Assembly (NCBI GenBank): GCA_039815685.1
Contig: JBCBYV010000014.1
Coordinates: 12,338-76,337, forward strand
DNA length: 64,000 nucleotides
Source of the DNA: Pseudomonadota bacterium
Lineage (GTDB): Bacteria > Pseudomonadota > Alphaproteobacteria > Rhodobacterales > Rhodobacteraceae
Reading direction: 5' to 3'
A program made the position numbers and the translations under genes. The notes under the pieces were generated by a model, which made no database searches, was not told the DNA's origin, and was given only the letters and a program-made list of their open reading frames with translations. Shown piece after piece: positions 56,504 to 64,000 of this stretch. Each line of letters begins with the position of its first letter. The first letter of the stretch is position 1.

Positions 56504-57919
56504 ATGACCGATCCGCAAATCGCGATCCTGATGCTCGCGATCTTTATACTGACGATCTTCCTAGGCTTCCCTGTCGCCTTCACGCTGATGGCCGTTGCCG
56601 TGATCTTCGGGTACTATGCGTATTTCGATGCGGACCGGCAGTGGCGCGGGCTGGACCGGCTGGGCGAAGACGCCACCACGACGCAGTATGTCGGTGAGTA
56701 TCTCGGCGGCTTCCTGAACAACCGGATCTTCGACCTCTTCGTGAACCAGACCTACTCAGTCATGTCGAATGACGTGCTGACGGCGATCCCGCTATTCCTT
56801 TTCATGGGCTATATCGTTGAGCGCGCGAACATCGTCACCCGCCTCTTCGACACGCTCTACGTCACGGCAAAGCGTCTACCGGGCGCGATGGCGGTCGCTG
56901 CCCTCGCCACTTGCGCGCTCTTCGCCACGGCTACCGGCATCATCGGTGCGGTCGTGACGCTCATGGGCATGCTCGCGCTGCCCTCGATGCTGAAGGCGCG
57001 CTACGATGTCTCCTTCGCCAGCGGCGTGATCTGTGCGGGCGGCTGCCTCGGCATCCTGATCCCGCCCTCGATCATGCTGATCGTCTATGCGGCGACCTCC
57101 AATGTCTCGATCGTGCAGCTCTATGCGGGCGCGCTCATTCCCGGCTTCCTGCTCGCGGGCCTCTACATGGTCTACGTCGTGGGCCGCGCGGCACTGCAGC
57201 CGCGCCTTGCGCCGAAGCCGCCCGAGAGCGAGACGGAAGACCTTTCTTATGCGGAGGTGACGATCCGGCTCGCCACCTCCTTCTTCCCGCTCGCGATCCT
57301 GATCCTCTCGGTCCTGGGCGCCATCCTCTTCGGCCTCGCAACCCCGTCCGAGGCGGCCTCCCTCGGCGCGCTCGGCGGGCTCGTGCTCGCCGTCGCCTAC
57401 CGCTCGCTGACCTGGGAGCGGCTGCGCGAGAGCGTCTATCTCACGATGAAGACCTCGGCGATGGTCTGCTGGATGTTCGTCGGTGCCTGGACCTTCGCCA
57501 GCGTCTTCTCCTATCTCGGCGGGGAGGCGCTCATCGAGGAGTTTGTCCTCGGCCTCGACCTCACCCCGATCCAGTTCCTGATCATGGCGCAGGTGATCAT
57601 CTTCATCCTGGGCTGGCCGCTCGAGTGGTCGGAGATCATTATCATCTTCGTGCCGATCTTCCTGCCGCTCCTGCCGTTCTTCGAGATCGATCCGCTCTTC
57701 TTCGGCATCCTGATCGCGCTGAACCTGCAGACCTCGTTCCTCACACCGCCGATGGCGATGGCGGCCTACTACCTCAAAGGGGTCGCGCCACCCGGCGTGG
57801 AGCTGACGCAGATCTTCAAGGGCGTGATGCCGTTCCTCGTGCTGATCGTCACCGCGATGGTCCTCGTCTACAACTTCCCGGGCATCTATCTCTGGCTGCC
57901 CAACGCCATCTACGGCTGA
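56504..57919 (+). CDS. TRAP large permease (DctM)
   Basis: LTAIPLFLFMG, ATATGIIGA, GCLGILIPPS, TSFLTPP. Confidence 0.92.
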   Translation: MTDPQIAILMLAIFILTIFLGFPVAFTLMAVAVIFGYYAYFDADRQWRGLDRLGEDATTTQYVGEYLGGFLNNRIFDLFVNQTYSVMSNDVLTAIPLFLFMGYIVERANIVTRLFDTLYVTAKRLPGAMAVAALATCALFATATGIIGAVVTLMGMLALPSMLKARYDVSFASGVICAGGCLGILIPPSIMLIVYAATSNVSIVQLYAGALIPGFLLAGLYMVYVVGRAALQPRLAPKPPESETEDLSYAEVTIRLATSFFPLAILILSVLGAILFGLATPSEAASLGALGGLVLAVAYRSLTWERLRESVYLTMKTSAMVCWMFVGAWTFASVFSYLGGEALIEEFVLGLDLTPIQFLIMAQVIIFILGWPLEWSEIIIIFVPIFLPLLPFFEIDPLFFGILIALNLQTSFLTPPMAMAAYYLKGVAPPGVELTQIFKGVMPFLVLIVTAMVLVYNFPGIYLWLPNAIYG

Positions 57920-57926
57920 GGCGGGC

Positions 57927-59273
57927 ATGGCAGACGGTGGCAAGCCCAACCCTGCAGACCTGACGGCGACGGAGGCGCGTGCAGCCCTCGCCTCGGGCGC
58001 GCTGAGCGCCGAGGCGCTGGTCGCCGCCTGCGTCGCTCGCATCGACGCTTCCGACGGCGACCTCCGCGCCTGGAAGCATGTCGATCGGGAAGGGGCGATG
58101 CTCACGGCCCGCGCCCGGGATGCGCATCGTAAGCGCGGCCTGCCGATCGGTGCGCTTCACGGGCTGCCGATCGGCGTCAAGGACATCATCGACGTCGCCG
58201 GCATGCCCTGCGAGAACGGCGCGCCCCTCGATGCCGGCCGGATGCCGAGGGAGGACGCGACCTGTGTCCGCCGGCTGAAGGCGGCGGGTGCGATCATCCT
58301 CGGCAAGACCGTGACGACGGAGATGGCGGGCGCGCCGCCCTCCGTCACCCGGAACCCACACGACGCCACGCGCACCCCCGGTGGGTCTTCCGCAGGCTCG
58401 GCCGCTGCTGTCGCTGCCGGCCACGTTCCCCTCGCCCTCGGCACGCAGACGAACGGATCGGTCATCCGTCCCTCGAGCTTCTGCGGGATCGTCGGGCTGA
58501 AGGCGAGCTTCGGTGCGGTCCCGCGCACCGGCGTCCTGCCCGTCAGCACCTCGCTCGACCATGTCGGGCTGATGGGGCGGAGCGTCGAGGACGTGGCGCT
58601 CCTCGAACACATGACCGGCCCGGACGGCGCGGACGACCACGCCCTGCCCCATCGCCTGCCACTGAGCACCACGACCGCCGGAGAGCCCCCACTGCCGCCC
58701 GTCCTCGGGTTCTTCGAGGGACCGACATGGCGCGACGCGGCGGAGGGCACGCCGGAGGCCTTCGCGGAGCTCGTTGCGGCCATCCCGGGCTGTCGGCACA
58801 TCGCGACACCGAGCCTGCTGATCGGCATCAAGGACCTGATCGCCTGCATCATGCAGGTCGAGGCTGCCCATCTCCTCGGCCACTACTACGACGACGCGCC
58901 CCAGACCGTGCATCCGCTCTATGTCGAGGTCATCCGCACGGGCCGCCGCGTCTCCGCCCTCGACTATCTCGAGAGCCGTGCGCTGCAGACGCGCCTCCGC
59001 GCAGCCTTCGCGGAAATCTTCGACGAGGTCGACGCGCTCGTGACCCCCGCCGCCCCCGGCGAGGCGCCGGGCCCCGAGACGACCGGCAACCCCGCCTTCT
59101 GCAGCCTCTGGTCCTTCACGGGCCTGCCCGCGATCACGCTCCCGCTCCTCACCGGCCCTGCCGGCCTGCCCATGGGCGTCCAACTCGTCGGCCCGCATGG
59201 CGACGACGCCAGGCTTCTGCGCACCGCCCGCTGGCTCGTCCGCACCCTCACCACGAACGGAGAGACCTCATGA
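57927..59273 (+). CDS. Amidase signature family protein
   Basis: PIGVKDIID, GKTVTTE, GGSSAGSAAAVA, GTQTNGSVIRP. Confidence 0.9.
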   Translation: MADGGKPNPADLTATEARAALASGALSAEALVAACVARIDASDGDLRAWKHVDREGAMLTARARDAHRKRGLPIGALHGLPIGVKDIIDVAGMPCENGAPLDAGRMPREDATCVRRLKAAGAIILGKTVTTEMAGAPPSVTRNPHDATRTPGGSSAGSAAAVAAGHVPLALGTQTNGSVIRPSSFCGIVGLKASFGAVPRTGVLPVSTSLDHVGLMGRSVEDVALLEHMTGPDGADDHALPHRLPLSTTTAGEPPLPPVLGFFEGPTWRDAAEGTPEAFAELVAAIPGCRHIATPSLLIGIKDLIACIMQVEAAHLLGHYYDDAPQTVHPLYVEVIRTGRRVSALDYLESRALQTRLRAAFAEIFDEVDALVTPAAPGEAPGPETTGNPAFCSLWSFTGLPAITLPLLTGPAGLPMGVQLVGPHGDDARLLRTARWLVRTLTTNGETS

Positions 59274-59449
59274 TCCTCCTCGAGATTGTCCTCGCCATCC
59301 TAGCCCTCGCAGGCTTCGGAGGGTTTCTCTACGTGATCGTCAGCTTCGTGCCGCAGATCGAGCTCATCGTGATCATCGGCCTTGTCGTCGGCATGGCCGT
59401 CTTCGACTTCCTGCGTGAGATCACGATCAAGATCCGCGGCCTGCGCTGA
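59270..59449 (+). CDS. 59-aa two-TM membrane protein
   Basis: MILLEIVLAILALAGFGGFLYVIVSFVPQIELIVIIGLVVGMAVFDFLREITIKIRGLR. ATGA overlap upstream, TGATG overlap downstream, GGAGAG RBS. Confidence 0.75.
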   Translation: MILLEIVLAILALAGFGGFLYVIVSFVPQIELIVIIGLVVGMAVFDFLREITIKIRGLR

Positions 59450-60405
59450 TGAAGCGTCTCCTGATCACGCGCCGCCTGACGGACGCGGTGCATGAGCGGG
59501 CTCAGCGGGACTACGACGCCATCCTCAACATGGAAGACCGGGTCTTCACGCGCGACGAGCTTGTGGCCGCCTGTCAGGAGGTCGATGCGGTCCTGCCCTG
59601 CCACTCCGAGCACTTCTCAGCCGAGGTGATCGCGGCATTGCCCGAGCGCCTTCAGATCATCGCCAATCACTCCGTCGGCGTCGACCACGTGGACCTCGCC
59701 GCCGCCAAGGCGCATGGCTTGACCGTCACCAACACGCCCGACGTCCTCTCCGACGCCACGGCCGAGATCGCGATGCTCTGCATGCTGGGCGCCGCCCGCC
59801 GGGGTGCCGAAGGCCACATCATGGTGCGCGAGGGCAAGTGGGACTTCTGGTCCCCCGCCTTCATGGTCGGCCGGCAGGTGACGGGCAAGCGCTTTGGCGT
59901 CGTCGGCATGGGCCGTGTCGGACAGGTCACGGCCGAGCGGGCGCGCGGCTTCGGCATGGAGATCCATTACCACAATCGCCGCCGCCTAGAGCCCGCGCTC
60001 GAGAAGGGCGCCGTCTTCCATGACACGCTCGACAGCCTGCTCGCGGTCTCGGACGTGCTCTCGCTCCACTGCCCTGCGGGGCCGGAGACGACCGGCATGA
60101 TGGACGCCGCGGCCTTCGCGCGGCTTCCCGAAGGCGCCATCCTCGTCAACACGGCCCGCGGCGCGCTGATCGACGAGGCGGCGTTGGTCGACGCGCTCCG
60201 CTCAGGCCGGCTCTTCGCCGCGGGGCTCGACGTCTTCCGCGACGAGCCGGGCGGGAACGCGGAGATCGCCGCCCTGCCGAACGTCTTCCTGCTCCCGCAT
60301 ATCGGCTCCGCGACCTCGGAGACGCGGGACGCCATGGGCTTCCGCGCCCTCGACAATCTCGACGCCTTCTTCGCAGGCCGTGAGCCGGGCGACCGCGTAG
60401 CTTGA
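59449..60405 (+). CDS. D-2-hydroxyacid dehydrogenase (glyoxylate/hydroxypyruvate reductase-like)
   Basis: VTNTPDVL, GVVGMGRVG, VNTARG, AGLDVF..EP, PHIGS. Confidence 0.9.
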   Translation: MKRLLITRRLTDAVHERAQRDYDAILNMEDRVFTRDELVAACQEVDAVLPCHSEHFSAEVIAALPERLQIIANHSVGVDHVDLAAAKAHGLTVTNTPDVLSDATAEIAMLCMLGAARRGAEGHIMVREGKWDFWSPAFMVGRQVTGKRFGVVGMGRVGQVTAERARGFGMEIHYHNRRRLEPALEKGAVFHDTLDSLLAVSDVLSLHCPAGPETTGMMDAAAFARLPEGAILVNTARGALIDEAALVDALRSGRLFAAGLDVFRDEPGGNAEIAALPNVFLLPHIGSATSETRDAMGFRALDNLDAFFAGREPGDRVA

Positions 60406-60425
60406 CGACACGCGGCGGGTGAGCC

Positions 60426-61688
60426 TCAGGCGCTGCGGCGACGGACGAGGAGCGGCTCTGCCCGCAGGCTCATCATCGCGAGCGCGGCACAAAGGACGCC
60501 GAGCGCGGTCGTGTAGATCCACTGATAGGTAACGCCCTCCCGCACCGTCCAATCGAGCGGCGAGATGATGTGCTCGATCCCCCCGATCACCAGGAGCGAC
60601 CCCAAAAGAAGCGCGCGCGGCAGGACGGACCCCGCGGTCATCGCCAGCGCGAGCCCCGGCATCAGCAAGAGCGCGTTCGTGCTGTGGCCGGGCGCGATGA
60701 AGATACCGACGGCGGTCGCGAGCATGGCGGCGGCATAGGGGTCGCGCTCACCATCGAAGAACAGGAAGATCGCCCCGGCGGCCATGATGCAGAGCGCCAC
60801 GGTCACGAATGGTCCGAGCGGGACACCAAGCTGTCCCAGCAGGAACGCCAGCCCGACCAGGCGGCTTGTGTCGTTCTCCGGCTGCTCGGCATAGGTCGAG
60901 AGCGCCGTGACGAAGTCGATCCCGTAGGCGAAGAGCCCATGCGGCCAGGCCGTCGCCGCATAGATCAGGAGCGATAGGATACCGGCAGAGATGAGCCCCA
61001 GCCGCCAGGACGGCGTCGCGAGGGCCACCAGCGAGAGCACGATACCGACCTGCGGCATCATCATCAGGAGCGTGAGACCGACCGCCTGTAGGATGAGGCT
61101 CCGCCGCTCGATCCCCGCGATCCAGAGTACGAGACCCGCCAGCATCACGAACTTCACCTGCCCGAGCCAGAGCACGCTGACCGATGGCGTCAGGATCGCG
61201 GAGCCGAGCAGCACCGCGATCCCGGTCGCCATGCGCCAGTCGATCACCATGCGCCGCGTCCGCAGGAGCCAGCAGGCACCGAAAAGGCTCGCGACCGTTA
61301 TGCAGGCATCGGTCGCCATGAAGACGCCCGATGCCGGCGCCCAGTCGAACAAGGCCAAGGGCGAAATGACGGGCAGGAGGGTTGGTGGATAGAAGAACAA
61401 GGCTCGAAACGTGCCGTCATAGATCTCCGCGCCCAGCCGGACATACTCGTCCGAGTAGACCGAGACACCCTCCACAAAGGATCGCGCCGCGACGTAGAAG
61501 AACCTGAAGTCGATCCGGGCGAAGTCCGGCGACATATTGTAGATGATGATGCCAAGGCGGATCAGCGCGAGCGAGACGCCTATTACGACCGCCGCAATCG
61601 AAAGCAGGCGATAGATCCGCTGCAACTTCGTCGGGAGAAGGCTACCAACAACATCGCCCGAATAATCGTGGCGTAAGCTCTTGGTCAT
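60426..61688 (-). CDS. GT87/DUF2029-like GT-C membrane glycosyltransferase
   Basis: DFRFFYVAAR..G.SVY, FFYPP, LWLGQ, many TMs. Confidence 0.75.
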   Translation of the reverse strand: MTKSLRHDYSGDVVGSLLPTKLQRIYRLLSIAAVVIGVSLALIRLGIIIYNMSPDFARIDFRFFYVAARSFVEGVSVYSDEYVRLGAEIYDGTFRALFFYPPTLLPVISPLALFDWAPASGVFMATDACITVASLFGACWLLRTRRMVIDWRMATGIAVLLGSAILTPSVSVLWLGQVKFVMLAGLVLWIAGIERRSLILQAVGLTLLMMMPQVGIVLSLVALATPSWRLGLISAGILSLLIYAATAWPHGLFAYGIDFVTALSTYAEQPENDTSRLVGLAFLLGQLGVPLGPFVTVALCIMAAGAIFLFFDGERDPYAAAMLATAVGIFIAPGHSTNALLLMPGLALAMTAGSVLPRALLLGSLLVIGGIEHIISPLDWTVREGVTYQWIYTTALGVLCAALAMMSLRAEPLLVRRRSA

Positions 61689-61796
61689 CCTGCGATGCGC
61701 CCCTCGGCCTGCGTGCCCGGCAACGCATAGCTGCCGCCCGACAGGGTGGCAAGCGGCAATGGACGGCGCCGAAAGGCCCACGCGCTTGGCGGCACC

Positions 61797-62534
61797 TCAC
61801 GCCCCTTTCGCATCGAGCCATGCCCTGATCAGCGCCCGATGCCGCGCGCCGTCATAGCTCGGGAAGTGACCACCATGGACCGTCCGCACCGGCAGCGTCA
61901 GAAGCCGCTTCATCGAGGCCACGTAGTCCGCCGCATCCGCGTGGTAGGTGTCCTCGATCAGCGGGCCATCATAGACGATGTCGCCGGAAATCAGCGTCGC
62001 CGTCGCCTCTTCCCAGAGCGCTATGCCGCCTGGCGAGTGCCCCGGCGTGTGCACCACCTCGAACCGGCGATCGCCGGTGTCGAGCACCTCCCCGTCCTCG
62101 AGCAGTTGCGTCGCCGGCGCCGGCGTCACCTCGTAGTACGGGCTGTCATAGGGCTCGGGCGGCAGGGTCGTGAAGATCTCGTCCGTGACATACGGATCGG
62201 CGAGGGTCGCCGCCCGCGTCGGCGCCGCAAGGAGGGCGGCCTCGGCCCTGTGCACGGCGCGATGCTCGAACTCGTGATGACAGCCGATATGGTCGAAATG
62301 CGTGTGGCTGGCGACCGCGAGCAACGGCTTCTCGCTTACGAGCGGGACCCAGCGGCGGAGGCTCACGACACCCATGCCGCTGTCGATCAGCAGGTCACGG
62401 TCGCGCCCCCGGATGTGCCAGCAGTTGCAGCGATACATCGGCTTGATATGCGGCTCGTCGATCAGGCTGATGTCGTCCGCCAGGCGGGTGACGCGCCACC
62501 AATCCGCTGGCCTTGCACGGTCAAAGTCGGTCAT
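61797..62534 (-). CDS. Metallo-beta-lactamase fold hydrolase
   Basis: HTHFDHIG (HxHxDH), HTPGHSPG, SGD, GGH. ATGA overlap with the ATPase gene. Confidence 0.88.
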   Translation of the reverse strand: MTDFDRARPADWWRVTRLADDISLIDEPHIKPMYRCNCWHIRGRDRDLLIDSGMGVVSLRRWVPLVSEKPLLAVASHTHFDHIGCHHEFEHRAVHRAEAALLAAPTRAATLADPYVTDEIFTTLPPEPYDSPYYEVTPAPATQLLEDGEVLDTGDRRFEVVHTPGHSPGGIALWEEATATLISGDIVYDGPLIEDTYHADAADYVASMKRLLTLPVRTVHGGHFPSYDGARHRALIRAWLDAKGA

Positions 62535-63601
62535 TTCGGATCCTCTCCTGGCAGGATGACGGCGTCGCCCGGCTCGAAGGCGAGCACCAGTCGCTGGCCC
62601 GGCGCGGGATCGGCACGCTGGGGCAGATGCGCGATGAGCGGCGGGCCGGCCGGGCGCGGCTCGAGCACTACACGGTGATGGGTGCCGAAAAAGGCGCTCT
62701 CGATCACGGTCCCCGGGACCTGCACGCCACCCTCGCCGCCTGAAAGCCCGAGATGCTCGGGCCTGATGCCAAGGGCAGCGTCGCCGGCCGGAAGCGCTTC
62801 GCCGGAAGGTGCTGGGAGGGGTCCCAGCGGTGTGTCGAGCATCGCGCGCCCGTCCCGCTCCGGCAGGGCCCGAGCTGGGACCAGGTTGATCTCGCCCATG
62901 AAGGATGCCGCGAACCGGCTCACAGGACGCAGATAGACCCGCTCCGGCGGGCCGGCATCGGCGATGCGTCCCTCGTTCATCACCACCACTATATCGGCGA
63001 TCGCCATCGCCTCCTCCTGATCATGCGTGACATGGACGAAGGTCGTCCCGAGCCGGCGCTGGATCGCCTTGAGCTCACGCTGCATGGCCCGGCGAAGAGC
63101 GAGGTCGAGCGCGCCGAGCGGCTCGTCGAGGAGCAGTACCTCGGGCTCCACGGCGAGCGCCCTGGCGAGCGCCACGCGCTGTCGCTGTCCGCCCGAAAGC
63201 GCGTGGGGACGCCGGTCCTCCGCCCCCTCAAGCCCGACAAGCGCCAGCATCTCCGCCGCCCGCGCTCGCCGCGGCCCCCGCTTCCAGCCACGCATGCGGA
63301 GGCCGAAGGCGACATTGTCGGCGAGGTCCATATGCGGAAAGAGCGCGTAGTCCTGAAAGACGGTCGTGGTCGGCCGTTTCACCGGACCGATGGCTGTGAC
63401 GTCCTTCCCGCCGATCAGCACCCGCCCGCTATCGGGGTCGATGAACCCACCGAGGAGCCCGAGAAGCGTCGATTTGCCGGAGCCGGATGGGCCGAGGATC
63501 ACCGCATAGGCGCCCTCCGGCACCTGAAGCGACACAGCATCCAGCGCCGCGGTGCTGCCATAGCGCTTGGTCGCGCGCTCGACCGCCAACCCCGCGCTCA
63601 T
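62531..63601 (-). CDS. PotA-like ABC ATPase (polyamine/opine type)
   Basis: GPSGSGKS, VFQDYALFPH, LSGGQRQR, LLLDEPL, VTHDQEEA, TOBE-like tail. Confidence 0.9.
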   Translation of the reverse strand: MSAGLAVERATKRYGSTAALDAVSLQVPEGAYAVILGPSGSGKSTLLGLLGGFIDPDSGRVLIGGKDVTAIGPVKRPTTTVFQDYALFPHMDLADNVAFGLRMRGWKRGPRRARAAEMLALVGLEGAEDRRPHALSGGQRQRVALARALAVEPEVLLLDEPLGALDLALRRAMQRELKAIQRRLGTTFVHVTHDQEEAMAIADIVVVMNEGRIADAGPPERVYLRPVSRFAASFMGEINLVPARALPERDGRAMLDTPLGPLPAPSGEALPAGDAALGIRPEHLGLSGGEGGVQVPGTVIESAFFGTHHRVVLEPRPAGPPLIAHLPQRADPAPGQRLVLAFEPGDAVILPGEDPK

Positions 63602-64000
63602 GAGCGCCGCCGCCGGAAGAGGAGAAGCTCGGCGAGCAGCACCGCGATCACGGAGACGAGGAAGACGATGGAGCCCGCGGCATTCGTTTTGGGGCTGAGG
63701 CCCGAGCGGAGCAGCGACCAGATCTCGACCGGCAGGGTCACTTCGAAGCGGGTCAGCAGGAAGGCGATCACGAACTCGTCCCAGGAGAAGGTGAGGCTGA
63801 GCGCGAAGGCCGCGAGGATGGCGGGCCAGAGCACAGGCGCGGTGACGAGGGCGAGCACGCGAAGCTCCGTCGCGCCAAGGTCCCGCGCCGCCCGCTCGAG
63901 GTTCGCGTGCTGCGCACCCATGGAGGCCGCGCAGATCGCGAAGCAGAGCGGCGTGTTGATCACCGCATGCCCGATCCCGGTCGTCAGCAGCGACCGGTCG
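63598..64000 (-). CDS. PotC-like ABC permease, C-terminal part only
   Basis: Frame is open to the window edge (DRSLLTTGIGHAVINTP...), EAA loop LERAARDLGAT, SWDEFV. Confidence 0.85.
   Translation of the reverse strand, partial: DRSLLTTGIGHAVINTPLCFAICAASMGAQHANLERAARDLGATELRVLALVTAPVLWPAILAAFALSLTFSWDEFVIAFLLTRFEVTLPVEIWSLLRSGLSPKTNAAGSIVFLVSVIAVLLAELLLFRRRRS

Overview
GC-rich (about two-thirds G+C by eye) alphaproteobacterial chromosome segment, probably Rhodobacterales-like judging by gene content and a GAAC-N7-GAAC SOS box. It is gene-dense, about 57 CDS, and I found no rRNA, tRNA, CRISPR, IS or phage genes. It mixes core genes (class II RNR nrdJ, rluB, tadA, rlmJ, split mnmC, ATP-dependent ligase) with nutrient-scavenging modules. 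These are three TRAP transporters, a glycerol-type ABC importer, a polyamine-type ABC importer, the N-methylglutamate genes mgsABC-gmaS with an XRE-cupin regulator, and a partial hut cluster. Several solitary envelope-modifying genes (two GT-C, one GT2, one FkbM) are scattered between them. Best leads: (1) a TRAP transporter with both membrane subunits enlarged and a ~330-aa Cys-flanked helical domain on DctM; (2) a LysR-controlled D-glutamate-cyclase-like/TRAP/DUF2848 operon of unknown substrate; (3) a perfect LexA box before nrdJ; (4) a double-dyad operator before mgsA; (5) a 59-aa membrane protein in a TRAP operon; (6) complementary degeneracy in the two glycerol-ABC ATPases. Family assignments come from motif recognition only; no database searches were run. 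Most long ORFs in the supplied track are antisense shadows.
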